DNA from: Candidatus Acidiferrales bacterium
GTDB lineage: Bacteria > Acidobacteriota > Terriglobia > Acidiferrales > UBA7541
Assembly (NCBI GenBank): GCA_030037775.1
Contig: JASHQB010000182.1
Coordinates: forward strand, 3,439-67,438
DNA: 64,000 nt
Direction of reading: 5' to 3'
The notes below the pieces were generated by a model. The model ran no database searches and was not told the DNA's origin. It saw nothing but the letters and a program-made list of their open reading frames with translations. A program made the position numbers and the translations under genes. Positions 1-8,651 of the stretch are shown here, piece by piece (position 1 is the first letter of the stretch; every line of letters begins with the position of its first letter).

Positions 1-210
1 GCCACGGAGGGCGTCCTTGTAGGCTTCGCGCGCTTCCGCAGCTTTGGTGTGAGCGTCGTGTTCCTTCAGGTGGGCGGCGTCCCAGTGTTCCATCGCGACC
101 ATCGAGTGGTTCGGAGTGGCTAACGCTTCCTCGGCGCGAATGGCGTCAACCCATTTATTGATAGCCTTCTTATAAGCGAGGCGAAGCTTGTCGAGCTGTT
201 TCTTGCTCAT
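1..210 (-). CDS. hypothetical protein (partial; 3' part runs off the left edge)
   Basis: Reverse strand from ATG at 210..208 stays open for all 70 codons to the window edge (MSKKQLDKLRLAYKKAINKWVDAIRAEEALATPNH...). No family recognised and no clear SD. Confidence 0.35.
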   Translation of the reverse strand, partial: MSKKQLDKLRLAYKKAINKWVDAIRAEEALATPNHSMVAMEHWDAAHLKEHDAHTKAAEAREAYKDALRG

Positions 211-325
211 AGCGGATGGAGAATAGTGCTGGTCCGGAGCCCCGTCAACGGGACGGGGACGAATTTAACGGGAAATTAACGCAAGGACCATCGTTCCTCG
301 CCATCTCGGTAGCGGCTGTAAACAC

Positions 326-361
326 AGGCGCCGAAGCCGCATGAAACCAGCTTCGGCGCCT
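326..361 (-). terminator. stem-loop downstream of the phosphoesterase gene
   Basis: Perfect 11-bp stem aggcgccgaag / cttcggcgcct with a 14-nt loop, about 80 nt past the stop at 443. Only a weak U-tract on the minus strand (GUGUUUAC). Confidence 0.4.
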
Positions 362-442
362 GCCATTCAAGGCAGCCCCACTATCCCGCCTGGAGGCTCC
401 CCTAACCCTTGACTACAGCGCTATCGTAAATAGCCTTTGCCG

Positions 443-2599
443 TTAGTGACCGCCAGCGTGATGATCCCCGCCGTCTTGGCCGAAGTCGAACAGTTCGAAC
501 AGATCGCTAATCGCGGGGCCGTTCAGTGGAACGTAGGGGTTACCCCATTCACTGATTGGATTCGGGAAATTGTCGCGGCTGCGGTAGCTGACCGGCGGCA
601 AATTCCAGTTCCTCTCGATGAATTTCAGAATGGAAACATGGTCTGAATAATTGTGTGTAATGCGCCCACCCTTCGAATACGCGGACACAACGATCAGCGG
701 AATACGCGTCCCGTCGCCGAAGAAGTCGAGAGGCTGGACGTAACCAGAGTCATAGTAGCCGCCGCCTTCATCGAAAGTGATGAAGATCGCCGTGTCGTTC
801 GCGTAGTTTGACTTCTGCACCATATCGATGATTTTCTTTGTGAAGCCTTCGAAAAGATCGAGTTTGGAAGACGATGGGTGGCCGTCCACGAACGCGCTAG
901 GTTTGACGATCGAAACGGCAGGAAGCGTGCCACCCGTAATATCCGAGTACAACCCTCCGGGTCCCGTGATGTCGTCGTTGTGCGCGGTGCGGACAGCAGC
1001 GTCTTTCATGATCGACGTGTCGTACGCAAATGGGTTGCAGATGGTGCAGTACTCGTCGGCCGCTGTAATCTTGGCCGTCCCGAGCTCATTCTCCGCGCCC
1101 ACGGCTCCGTAATTGATCTGGTAAGGATCCGGCACGTAGTTGTTCCACTGATCGCCGTAATACTTCCACGAAATGTTGTGCGCGATCAGGTCGTCGCCGA
1201 TACTGGGAGTTGAAGAAGGCGGAATCGTGAATATGGTGTTGTATGGGCTTGAGTCGGTGAACGCGTCGTTGCCGTTGCCGAAATACCCGGGATTGTAATT
1301 GTTTAGCAGGTAGTAGTGTCCTACTTCGCAGTGCGGGTCGACGGGCTTTGGAAGCGACTGCAGATAATTCACAATCGTCGAAACCCCAGGCTGAGTAGGA
1401 TCGGAGCAATCGCTATAGGACCCTCCGCCGTAGGGAGTCGCGCCCGGCGAACCGTCGCCGTAACCATCTTCTTTCCACCAGTTGTTGGTTCCAGACATCG
1501 CATTAGGATCTTCCACCTCGTCCACCACCGTCGGCGTCCCTGCCGGCGTGGTTCCTCCCGTGGATACGCCATGAGGCGGAGTGGCCGGATGACCATTTCC
1601 GTCGCTGAACCAGATCGCGTCGCCATGGCCGAACATGATGTGGTTGGCGCCCGTGCCACCGTTCACAGACTGGTGGAAGTTGTCGCTCATGGCGTAAGTG
1701 TCTGCGAGGCTCTTGAAGTAAGGCGCATCACCGTTTTGGACGTTGTAGAAGCCCATTGACGTCGAGCCTTCACCCGTTGTCACTGTTGGACTCGGTGCGT
1801 ATTCTGTGCTGAAGGTCGGTGGCTGCGGCAGTCCGTTCAATTCGTCCGCCCCTCCGGCTCCAACCGTTACTTCAACCCAGGGGAACAGTCGCGCGTCGCA
1901 ACCGGAAGGATTTTGCCAAGTGGACTTATCCGCGCTGCAATCCAACTGCTGCCACATCTGGTAAAAACGATGCACCGGGCTAGCGGCGTACGAGTTGTAG
2001 GTAAAGCTGGTGCCGTTCGTCAACTGAAACGGTCCTGAGGGCAGTGAATTGACGTTCGTTATGCGCGTGTCTGGCGTCTTGGACGTCAAGCCGGTGCCTC
2101 CGGAAACCAAATCTGGGAGGTAATCTGCAGGTAATCCCTGTTCCGACGCCTTGGCAAGCGCCAGGCTGTCGCCCGGAATGTAGGAGTCAAAGGCACCACC
2201 GACAAGCGGCGCCGGCAGCACTTGACCCGGAAATGAGACCTTGCTCGGGCTCAGCAGGAAGGCATCAGAGGCTTGGTCCACTGCAGCTTTCTGTTCCGCC
2301 TTATAGAAATTGGGGCCCGGAGTGCCGTCGGCCTTTATGATCCCCTCCGAAAGCAGGTTCCAGACCGATTGCCCTGGCTTGGGCACATAGGTTGCAAAGA
2401 CATGATCAAAGCTGCGGTTCTCACCGATGATCACGATAACGTGTTTGATGGGCGTGCGGGTGTTACCCTCGCCGCCCGGTGTTTGTGGAGGAGCCGCACC
2501 GGCCAATGAAGCGCCGATTGTAAACTGGAAAAGCGCCAAGGCTGCAAGTCCCACGCGTAAGCCATGCAATGCGTCTGATGCGACACGCTTGAACGACAT
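443..2599 (-). CDS. secreted phosphoesterase family protein (phospholipase C / AcpA-like acid phosphatase)
   Basis: 718-aa ORF. N-terminal signal-like segment. IKHVIVIIGENRSFDHVFATY, TAIFITFDEGGGYYD and DGTRIPLIVVSAY motifs are typical of the phosphoesterase family. GGAGGAGG SD upstream of the ATG at 2599. Confidence 0.88.
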   Translation of the reverse strand: MSFKRVASDALHGLRVGLAALALFQFTIGASLAGAAPPQTPGGEGNTRTPIKHVIVIIGENRSFDHVFATYVPKPGQSVWNLLSEGIIKADGTPGPNFYKAEQKAAVDQASDAFLLSPSKVSFPGQVLPAPLVGGAFDSYIPGDSLALAKASEQGLPADYLPDLVSGGTGLTSKTPDTRITNVNSLPSGPFQLTNGTSFTYNSYAASPVHRFYQMWQQLDCSADKSTWQNPSGCDARLFPWVEVTVGAGGADELNGLPQPPTFSTEYAPSPTVTTGEGSTSMGFYNVQNGDAPYFKSLADTYAMSDNFHQSVNGGTGANHIMFGHGDAIWFSDGNGHPATPPHGVSTGGTTPAGTPTVVDEVEDPNAMSGTNNWWKEDGYGDGSPGATPYGGGSYSDCSDPTQPGVSTIVNYLQSLPKPVDPHCEVGHYYLLNNYNPGYFGNGNDAFTDSSPYNTIFTIPPSSTPSIGDDLIAHNISWKYYGDQWNNYVPDPYQINYGAVGAENELGTAKITAADEYCTICNPFAYDTSIMKDAAVRTAHNDDITGPGGLYSDITGGTLPAVSIVKPSAFVDGHPSSSKLDLFEGFTKKIIDMVQKSNYANDTAIFITFDEGGGYYDSGYVQPLDFFGDGTRIPLIVVSAYSKGGRITHNYSDHVSILKFIERNWNLPPVSYRSRDNFPNPISEWGNPYVPLNGPAISDLFELFDFGQDGGDHHAGGH

Positions 2600-2814
2600 T
2601 TATCCTCCTCCTCGGAAGTCTTTGAAATGGTTTCTGGACTGAGCCTGAGATTGATAACCGCAGGGGATTGCAACGAGATGTTTCCATGGTGAACAGAAAA
2701 AGAAATCTCGAGTGATGTCTTGCTGGATTCAGTTGAGCTCGATGCAGGAAGACCTGGAGTTAGTCACGGTCGCCCGGTGAAATGATTAACCAGCGATGAA
2801 TATAGCGGCGAGAA

Positions 2815-4656
2815 TTACTTGCCCGGAGGCCTATGGGAGCCGGGCAAACTGCAAGGTCGGGCCACAGCATTCTTCGTTGGGACGCAAGGACCGCCGTCTT
2901 GCGATCTCCGCGTCGGGTCAGCCGGTTCCACGCGGATTAGTCCCATCATTCCGCCATCTTCGTGTTCCAATAGATGGCAATGGTATACAAAATCGCCGAC
3001 GGTATTCGGATCGCGAAAATCCATCCGTAATCTGACACTCGGATATTCGAGTGCCTTGCCGTCGTAGTAGGGAACGTTCACGGTATCGCGAAGAAACGGC
3101 TCGTTTACGGGCATGCCCATGAAATCGAGCAGCATGAAATGCAGCTGATGAATGTGGAATGCGTGCAGTTCACTCGACCTGTTCTCGATGATCCAGTCCT
3201 CCACCGTTCCTTGTTTTGCGATGATATTCGGTACGCCCGATTCTGGATTGAACGGCGCGGGTGTCTGGCCCTCCACAGTGAGGTAAAATTCGGTCGCGCT
3301 CGTGGGATTGTTTGGATCGAGCAGCTTCTCGGAGAAGTACAGCCTTCGCGTAATAACCGGAACTACATTCCCGAGCCACGGTTCCGCTGGCGGGGGGAGA
3401 GGTTTCGGTGAAGCATCAAGCGCCGAGCGTGGCTCCGGGGCATCGTTTGAGGAGATGATTGTTGCGAGCGCACGATTCGTGTCGTTCTCACCCGCTGGCC
3501 CCGTGTCCACGGTCCGGGTCACAACGAGCCCCGAAACGCCCGGTGGCGGGCCCTTCACTACAAACTCCATCCGCGCGCCCGGTGGTATTCCGAGATGTGT
3601 CTGCCAGTCCACAAAGTCCGCCGGCATTCCGTTCCCGTAGTTCAGGGGTACCCCATCAAGAGCCACAAGGCCAAGCGGTTGCGGCGTTCGATTGTACAGA
3701 ACCTCCAAATTGAGGTATGTGATCGCCGAAGCGTTCAACACGCGCCACAGCTGACGTTCTCCGGGTCTCATCTCAATCGAGGCAGGAGGATACTTGGGAT
3801 ACGGCACAGGAACAAAGTTAACCGAGAGATCCTTGGCCGGCTTGCCGAAGCCCGTGCCTGTGTTCGCAGCGTCACCGTCGCGGTCATAGAACTGTCGCGG
3901 CACGACAGGCTCGGATTTGTCTGGCGGCGCATTCGGATTCATCAGATCCTGGTCGCGAATAACAAAAACTCGCTCGGGTAACCCTGCCACGGCCTTATCC
4001 GCCCGCTCGATCCCTTCGATGATGATTGCGCCGGATAAGCCGCCGAGCACCTGCACTTTCGTGAAACCATGGATATGCGGGTGGTACCAATACAATCCAG
4101 GTGGTGCATTCTCAGGAACTCGAAAGCGATACTGGAAAGGCGGGTCGCCGGGTTGGATCGACGTTTTTAGGACGTCATCTTGATGGCACATGGGAGGGAT
4201 GGTTAACCCGTGGAAATGAAGATTGGTGGATGTCGCTGTCATCAAGCCGCTCGTGCACGGGCTAGCGCTCTCTTCCTCATAGGGATGCATTTGACGACGC
4301 TTCGGCGCAGATCCAGGTAGAGAATCCGTCAGATCGTTTTTCAGATTGAGGACAAGAAGATCGCCTGGATTCAGTCGTAAAGTAGGTGACTCTCGACCTT
4401 CCGCATCAATGTAACAATAGCGAATTGAGCCGTCGCTCTCCGTGTAGTCGTGAACCGTGAGATCAAGTTTTAGCACTCCGTTCCGGCTGCGTAGGTCTTC
4501 TGGTTCCGAAATGGTGCTGCCAGGCTGGGGACGAATACAATCGCTCGCTAGTAATTCCTGGGCGTTAAGACACCGATAGCCTTGCGCGAGAAACAACCCT
4601 GCCAACGCTATGAAGAAAATGAGCGCCTTCGCTCCCAGGCCACTTCTAGAATTCAT
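2815..4656 (-). CDS. multicopper oxidase
   Basis: 613 aa with signal peptide. All four copper-ligand motifs are present: HFHGLT, WYHPHIHG, HAFHIHQLH, YHCHLLEHEDGGMMG. Confidence 0.9.
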   Translation of the reverse strand: MNSRSGLGAKALIFFIALAGLFLAQGYRCLNAQELLASDCIRPQPGSTISEPEDLRSRNGVLKLDLTVHDYTESDGSIRYCYIDAEGRESPTLRLNPGDLLVLNLKNDLTDSLPGSAPKRRQMHPYEEESASPCTSGLMTATSTNLHFHGLTIPPMCHQDDVLKTSIQPGDPPFQYRFRVPENAPPGLYWYHPHIHGFTKVQVLGGLSGAIIIEGIERADKAVAGLPERVFVIRDQDLMNPNAPPDKSEPVVPRQFYDRDGDAANTGTGFGKPAKDLSVNFVPVPYPKYPPASIEMRPGERQLWRVLNASAITYLNLEVLYNRTPQPLGLVALDGVPLNYGNGMPADFVDWQTHLGIPPGARMEFVVKGPPPGVSGLVVTRTVDTGPAGENDTNRALATIISSNDAPEPRSALDASPKPLPPPAEPWLGNVVPVITRRLYFSEKLLDPNNPTSATEFYLTVEGQTPAPFNPESGVPNIIAKQGTVEDWIIENRSSELHAFHIHQLHFMLLDFMGMPVNEPFLRDTVNVPYYDGKALEYPSVRLRMDFRDPNTVGDFVYHCHLLEHEDGGMMGLIRVEPADPTRRSQDGGPCVPTKNAVARPCSLPGSHRPPGK

Positions 4657-4870
4657 TCAGCCACGCTTCACGTACCGTGACTCCGCTTGTCATTCGGCAA
4701 ACCTAATTCTTGAACGATGAATCCGTGATGAATGGGATTTGAATGAGCCGCAACGTTCATCAAGCGGGCTTCCGCCGGGAGTCAAATGTTCATACCGCGC
4801 TTACACGGCCGTAACATTCACTCTCTAGCTTCCCCGCCACGACTCGAGCTGTTCACTCAAAGGAGGTCAA

Positions 4871-5101
4871 ATGTCCAAGCAGGCAGCGGAGCATCACCAT
4901 AAAGCAGCCGAACACCACGAGCATGCCGCCAGGCATCATCGCGAAGCCGCCAGGCACCATGAAAGTGGTGACCACGAGGCAGCCGCCCATCATGCCCACA
5001 CGGCACAAGGACACTTGCACCACGCGACACATCACGCGGTAGAAGCTGCAAAACTACACGTCGAGCACCACGGGCATAAGGCCAAAGCAGCCGGAGTGTA
5101 A
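4871..5101 (+). CDS. small histidine-rich protein (putative cytoplasmic metal-binding protein)
   Basis: 76-aa ORF with strong SD (aaaggaggtcaaATG). 23 of 76 residues are His, with HH pairs at residues 8/9, 15/16, 22/23 and 29/30. No Cys, no signal peptide. Confidence 0.7.
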   Translation: MSKQAAEHHHKAAEHHEHAARHHREAARHHESGDHEAAAHHAHTAQGHLHHATHHAVEAAKLHVEHHGHKAKAAGV

Positions 5102-5198
5102 GGCTGCTCTGGGGCAGGTGCAGGTCTGGAGATCATTCTCCTCTCGTTTTCGGGAGAGGGTTCTCCTGTGTCTATCTCAAAGCGCGGAGAGGTGGAAG

Positions 5199-6797
5199 AT
5201 GGCAACTGAAGCGTCGGCCTTAGATGCCAAGTTAGCAGGAGGATCGAGCAGGGCCGGACGCATCGGGGTCGCAGTATTCTGGCTAGCGCTGCTCATCGGA
5301 TTAGTTTATGTGGCGATTGAGCTGATCTCCGATCTCTCGGCTGTCCACTCGGCCGCGGTTATGCCCTTCGTGCTCCTGGGGATCGCGCTGCTCGTGGCCC
5401 TGGGATTTGAGTTTGTGAATGGTTTTCACGACACAGCGAATGCGGTAGCGACGGTGATTTACACGCATTCGATGGAGCCACACGTCGCCGTCGTATGGTC
5501 GGGCGCGTGGAATTTCGCAGGCGTGCTGGTCTCCAGCGGCGCAGTGGCGTTCGCGATCGTATCTCTGCTCCCGGTCGAGTTGATTCTGCAAGTCGGAAGC
5601 AGGGCCGGATTTGCGATGGTCTTCGCGCTTCTCATCGCCGCGATCATCTGGAACGTGGGAACCTGGTACTTCGGACTGCCTGCGTCAAGCTCGCACACGC
5701 TTGTGGGTTCGATTATTGGCGTCGGGATTGCCAACCAGTTGATGCAAGGGAACTCGGGAACTAGTGGCGTGGACTGGGGACAGGCCACGAACATCGGAAA
5801 ATCACTACTCGTGTCTCCGCTGGTTGGATTTGTCGGAGCGGCACTATTGCTGCTGATATTCAAGGCCCTGATCCCAAACAAACAGCTCTACGAAGCTCCG
5901 AAGGGCAACGAGCCCCCTCCATTCTGGATCCGCGCAATGCTTGTCTTAACGTGCACCGGGGTGAGCTTTGCCCACGGCTCCAACGATGGCCAGAAGGGTA
6001 TGGGTCTGATCATGTTAATTTTGATCGGCACGATGCCCACAGCTTACGCGATAAATCACGCGGTGACGGCGCAGCAATCGGAAGATTTCATCGCGGTCTC
6101 AACGCAAACGGCTCACATGCTGGGTCATTACGTGTCGGCAACTGCGGTGGTGGGCGATCCGCGCGACGAGGTTACACAATACATCCGCACCCGGAACTTT
6201 ACTCCAAGCACCATGCTGGCATTGCAGCAATTGATCAACGGGACAGGCACCGAGACGGCGATGTACAAGGAGTTGAAGGCCGTGCCGGAAGACAAAGTTC
6301 GCAACTTCCGGAATGACCTCTATGTAGTGAGCGAGGCCCTGCGGCTAATGCAAAAATCAGGGAAGCCGCAGTTTTCCACGGCCGACGCAGCGATCCTGAA
6401 AAACTATAAAGCACACGTCGATAAGTCGACGAAGTTCATACCCACTTGGGTAAAGGTAGCGGTGGCGCTCGCTTTGGGAATGGGAACGATGATTGGCTGG
6501 AAACGCATCGTCGTGACCGTCGGAGAGAAGATCGGGAAGAGTCATTTGACGTACGGACAAGGTGCGGCGGCGGAAATTACGGCCATGTGCACGATCGGCG
6601 CGGCGGATTGGTTCGGATTACCCGTGAGCACTACGCACGTGCTGTCGTCTGGCGTAGCGGGCACCATGGCTGCGAATCACACCGGTTTGCAATGGGCCAC
6701 GGTGCGGAATCTGGCGATGGCCTGGATTCTCACCCTTCCCGCATCCATTGTCTTGTCGGCGACGCTGTTCTGGGCTCTCCGCCGCCTGGGGGGCTGA
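5199..6797 (+). CDS. pit: inorganic phosphate transporter, PiT family
   Basis: GFHDTANAVAT, FAHGSNDGQKGMG and STTHVLSSGVAG PHO4/PiT signatures. The track ORF starts at GTG 5118. ATG 5199, preceded by gagaggtggaag, is the more likely start. Confidence 0.88.
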   Translation: MATEASALDAKLAGGSSRAGRIGVAVFWLALLIGLVYVAIELISDLSAVHSAAVMPFVLLGIALLVALGFEFVNGFHDTANAVATVIYTHSMEPHVAVVWSGAWNFAGVLVSSGAVAFAIVSLLPVELILQVGSRAGFAMVFALLIAAIIWNVGTWYFGLPASSSHTLVGSIIGVGIANQLMQGNSGTSGVDWGQATNIGKSLLVSPLVGFVGAALLLLIFKALIPNKQLYEAPKGNEPPPFWIRAMLVLTCTGVSFAHGSNDGQKGMGLIMLILIGTMPTAYAINHAVTAQQSEDFIAVSTQTAHMLGHYVSATAVVGDPRDEVTQYIRTRNFTPSTMLALQQLINGTGTETAMYKELKAVPEDKVRNFRNDLYVVSEALRLMQKSGKPQFSTADAAILKNYKAHVDKSTKFIPTWVKVAVALALGMGTMIGWKRIVVTVGEKIGKSHLTYGQGAAAEITAMCTIGAADWFGLPVSTTHVLSSGVAGTMAANHTGLQWATVRNLAMAWILTLPASIVLSATLFWALRRLGG

Positions 6798-6854
6798 CGC
6801 ACGTCAATCTTAAAGCATCAAAGGCGAATCATCCCGGACTTCTTGAAAAGGTTC

Positions 6855-6938
6855 TGCGGAAGAAGGGACTCGAACCCCTATGGCCTTTCGGCCACCAGCT
6901 CCTAAGGCTGGCGCGTCTGCCAGTTCCGCCACTTCCGC
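6855..6938 (-). tRNA. tRNA-Leu (anticodon UAG)
   Basis: Reverse complement folds as a cloverleaf. Acceptor GCGGAAG/CTTCCGC. Anticodon stem CCAGC/GCTGG with loop CTTAGGA. Long variable arm GGCCGAAAGGCC. T-loop GTTCGAGT. CCA is not encoded. Confidence 0.9.
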
Positions 6939-7039
6939 ATAGGCTCACTACATAGTAGCAGCCAGTCCTCTTTCTAGGAACGTTTAAGCTGCCGGCAGCA
7001 TTCCGATTCTGACACCGCCTCACGCGATTTCGCTGGCCT

Positions 7040-8008
7040 TCACTGCTTCGCGGAAGGCGCTTGCGCTTCGATCCACAGGCTATCGGCCACGCGGGTGAGA
7101 ACCGGCAGAGCATTTGCCGCCTTGCGCCCTGCATAGGAAGTGAGCACAACCAGCTTTCCCGCCGGCGTAAGGAAATCAAGGTCAGAAAGCTGCGGGTTCT
7201 GGGAAAAGAAACCGTCGGTGTGAAATTTTATGTTTCGCAGGCCGACGTCGCGCAAACTCTCGCGAATTGTTTTTCGCGACCAGTAGCGCATTTCGAATGT
7301 TCCGGGCTTCGCCTCTCGAAACCCGCGTTTCAGCTGCTGCACGAAGCTCAACGGCCCCAGCGTGTTGGGCAGTTGCATCAGGCAGCACCCGCCCGGTTTC
7401 AGCACGCGCGCGATTTCGCGAAAAATTCGCAGCACCTCCCCTTTGTCGATGTGCTGCAATACGCTGTAAGAGAAAACACAGTCGATGCTATGCGATTGCA
7501 GCGGCAGCACGTCGGCATTCCCGCAGAGAAACTGACTGGGTGCGTACAATTGATGTGAAACGCGCACCGCTGCAGCCAGCGCGTCGATATGAACGTCGAT
7601 GCCGATCGGCCGAAAGCCGGCGCGCGCGGCGGAGATGCACCAGCGTCCCCAACTACAACCGATATCCAGCAATAGTTTTCCGCCACCACTGCCAAATGGC
7701 CAATCGGGAATCGGATAGCGCGGCAACCGCCCGCGCACGCGCCAATAAAGATTTCCGTTCGTGTTCACGATCCAATCGTTTACGAATGGGTCGATTGCGC
7801 CCGACTTCGCATCGCCACCGTGAAGCTGCGGGCAGGGAGGCAGATTCAAGGGCACCGGCTCGCGACGCGGATCTTCCGTGAAGACCGGCACGCCCTGCTC
7901 GAGGGCGAAGCGGTGGCCCTGCTCGCAGACGACCGCCTCGCCGCTGGTATGAAGCGGCGTGCGGTCCTGAGGACAGGCGAGAATGCGGAGAAGAGATTCC
8001 TCGAGCAA
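7040..8008 (-). CDS. class I SAM-dependent methyltransferase with N-terminal Trm112-like zinc-ribbon
   Basis: N-terminus LRILACPQDRTPL...VCEQGHRFALEQGVPVF. Methyltransferase motif I LLDIGCSWGRW. VFSYSVLQHI and LKPGGCC follow. Confidence 0.85.
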   Translation of the reverse strand: MLEESLLRILACPQDRTPLHTSGEAVVCEQGHRFALEQGVPVFTEDPRREPVPLNLPPCPQLHGGDAKSGAIDPFVNDWIVNTNGNLYWRVRGRLPRYPIPDWPFGSGGGKLLLDIGCSWGRWCISAARAGFRPIGIDVHIDALAAAVRVSHQLYAPSQFLCGNADVLPLQSHSIDCVFSYSVLQHIDKGEVLRIFREIARVLKPGGCCLMQLPNTLGPLSFVQQLKRGFREAKPGTFEMRYWSRKTIRESLRDVGLRNIKFHTDGFFSQNPQLSDLDFLTPAGKLVVLTSYAGRKAANALPVLTRVADSLWIEAQAPSAKQ

Positions 8009-8240
8009 AAAGCCGCTTCCTGTTCCGGTCGAGTTTCGGCCGACGCAAGTTTACGCGACGGAGTCGCGTTCGCCAAAGCAAGCGCACGGGCGCAGAGGCG
8101 AGAGTGTCCGATTTTGATAAGCGGCGTCCCATCACCGGTCGCGTCTCGCATCTACGTTTAAGCCTGCCTAAGCCTAACGCCCTGTAAACACGACCGGTTG
8201 CGCGCTTGCGCGCCGCGGCACAAGACTTGCTAACCTTTAG

Positions 8241-8284
8241 GGGTGTAGAGCGTCTACATACTAAGGTGTAGGCGCTCTACACCC
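8241..8284. promoter_or_regulatory. candidate PadR operator: two tandem GGTGTAG-N5-CTACA dyads
   Basis: ggtgtagagcgtctaca (8242..8258) and ggtgtaggcgctctaca (8265..8281). Together they form an 18-nt inverted repeat with one mismatch. The element ends 1 nt before the aggagg SD of padR (GTG 8295). Confidence 0.45.
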
Positions 8285-8294
8285 AGGAGGGGTC

Positions 8295-8651
8295 GTGAAA
8301 CAGCACTACCAGAACCGCATCGAGCTCTTGCAGGGCACGCTGGACCTGCTCATCTTGCAAACGCTACAGTGGGGTGCGCAGCATGGCTATGGGATCAGCC
8401 AGGCGATCCGCAGCCGTTCTGGCGACGCTTTGCAGGTGGATACCGGCTCGCTCTATCCCGCTTTGCATCGACTCGAGCACCAGAAATGGATCAAGGCGGA
8501 CTGGAAAACGTCGGGCAACAACCAGCGCGTACGCGTGTATCAACTGACCGCAGCCGGCAAGAAGCAATTGCTCTCAGAGCGGTCGCGCTGGCAGCAGATT
8601 TCTGAGGCGATCGCGGGAATCCTGAGTCCCGCAAAAGAGAACGAGACATGA
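8295..8651 (+). CDS. PadR family transcriptional regulator
   Basis: 118 aa. Winged-helix core LLILQTLQWGAQHGYGISQAI...SLYPALHRLEHQKWIKADW...RVYQLTAAGKKQL. Its stop overlaps the next start (ATGA at 8648..8651). Confidence 0.9.
   Translation: MKQHYQNRIELLQGTLDLLILQTLQWGAQHGYGISQAIRSRSGDALQVDTGSLYPALHRLEHQKWIKADWKTSGNNQRVRVYQLTAAGKKQLLSERSRWQQISEAIAGILSPAKENET

Noticed and set aside
437-2687. Multiple 60-150-aa ORFs on both strands within the phosphoesterase gene
   Set aside because: All are nested in, or antisense to, a 718-aa gene with clear family motifs, and none has supporting signals.
6798-8008. tRNA-Leu as an integration site for a genomic island
   Set aside because: There is no integrase, no direct repeat of the tRNA 3' end and no mobile gene nearby. 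The flanking genes are ordinary.
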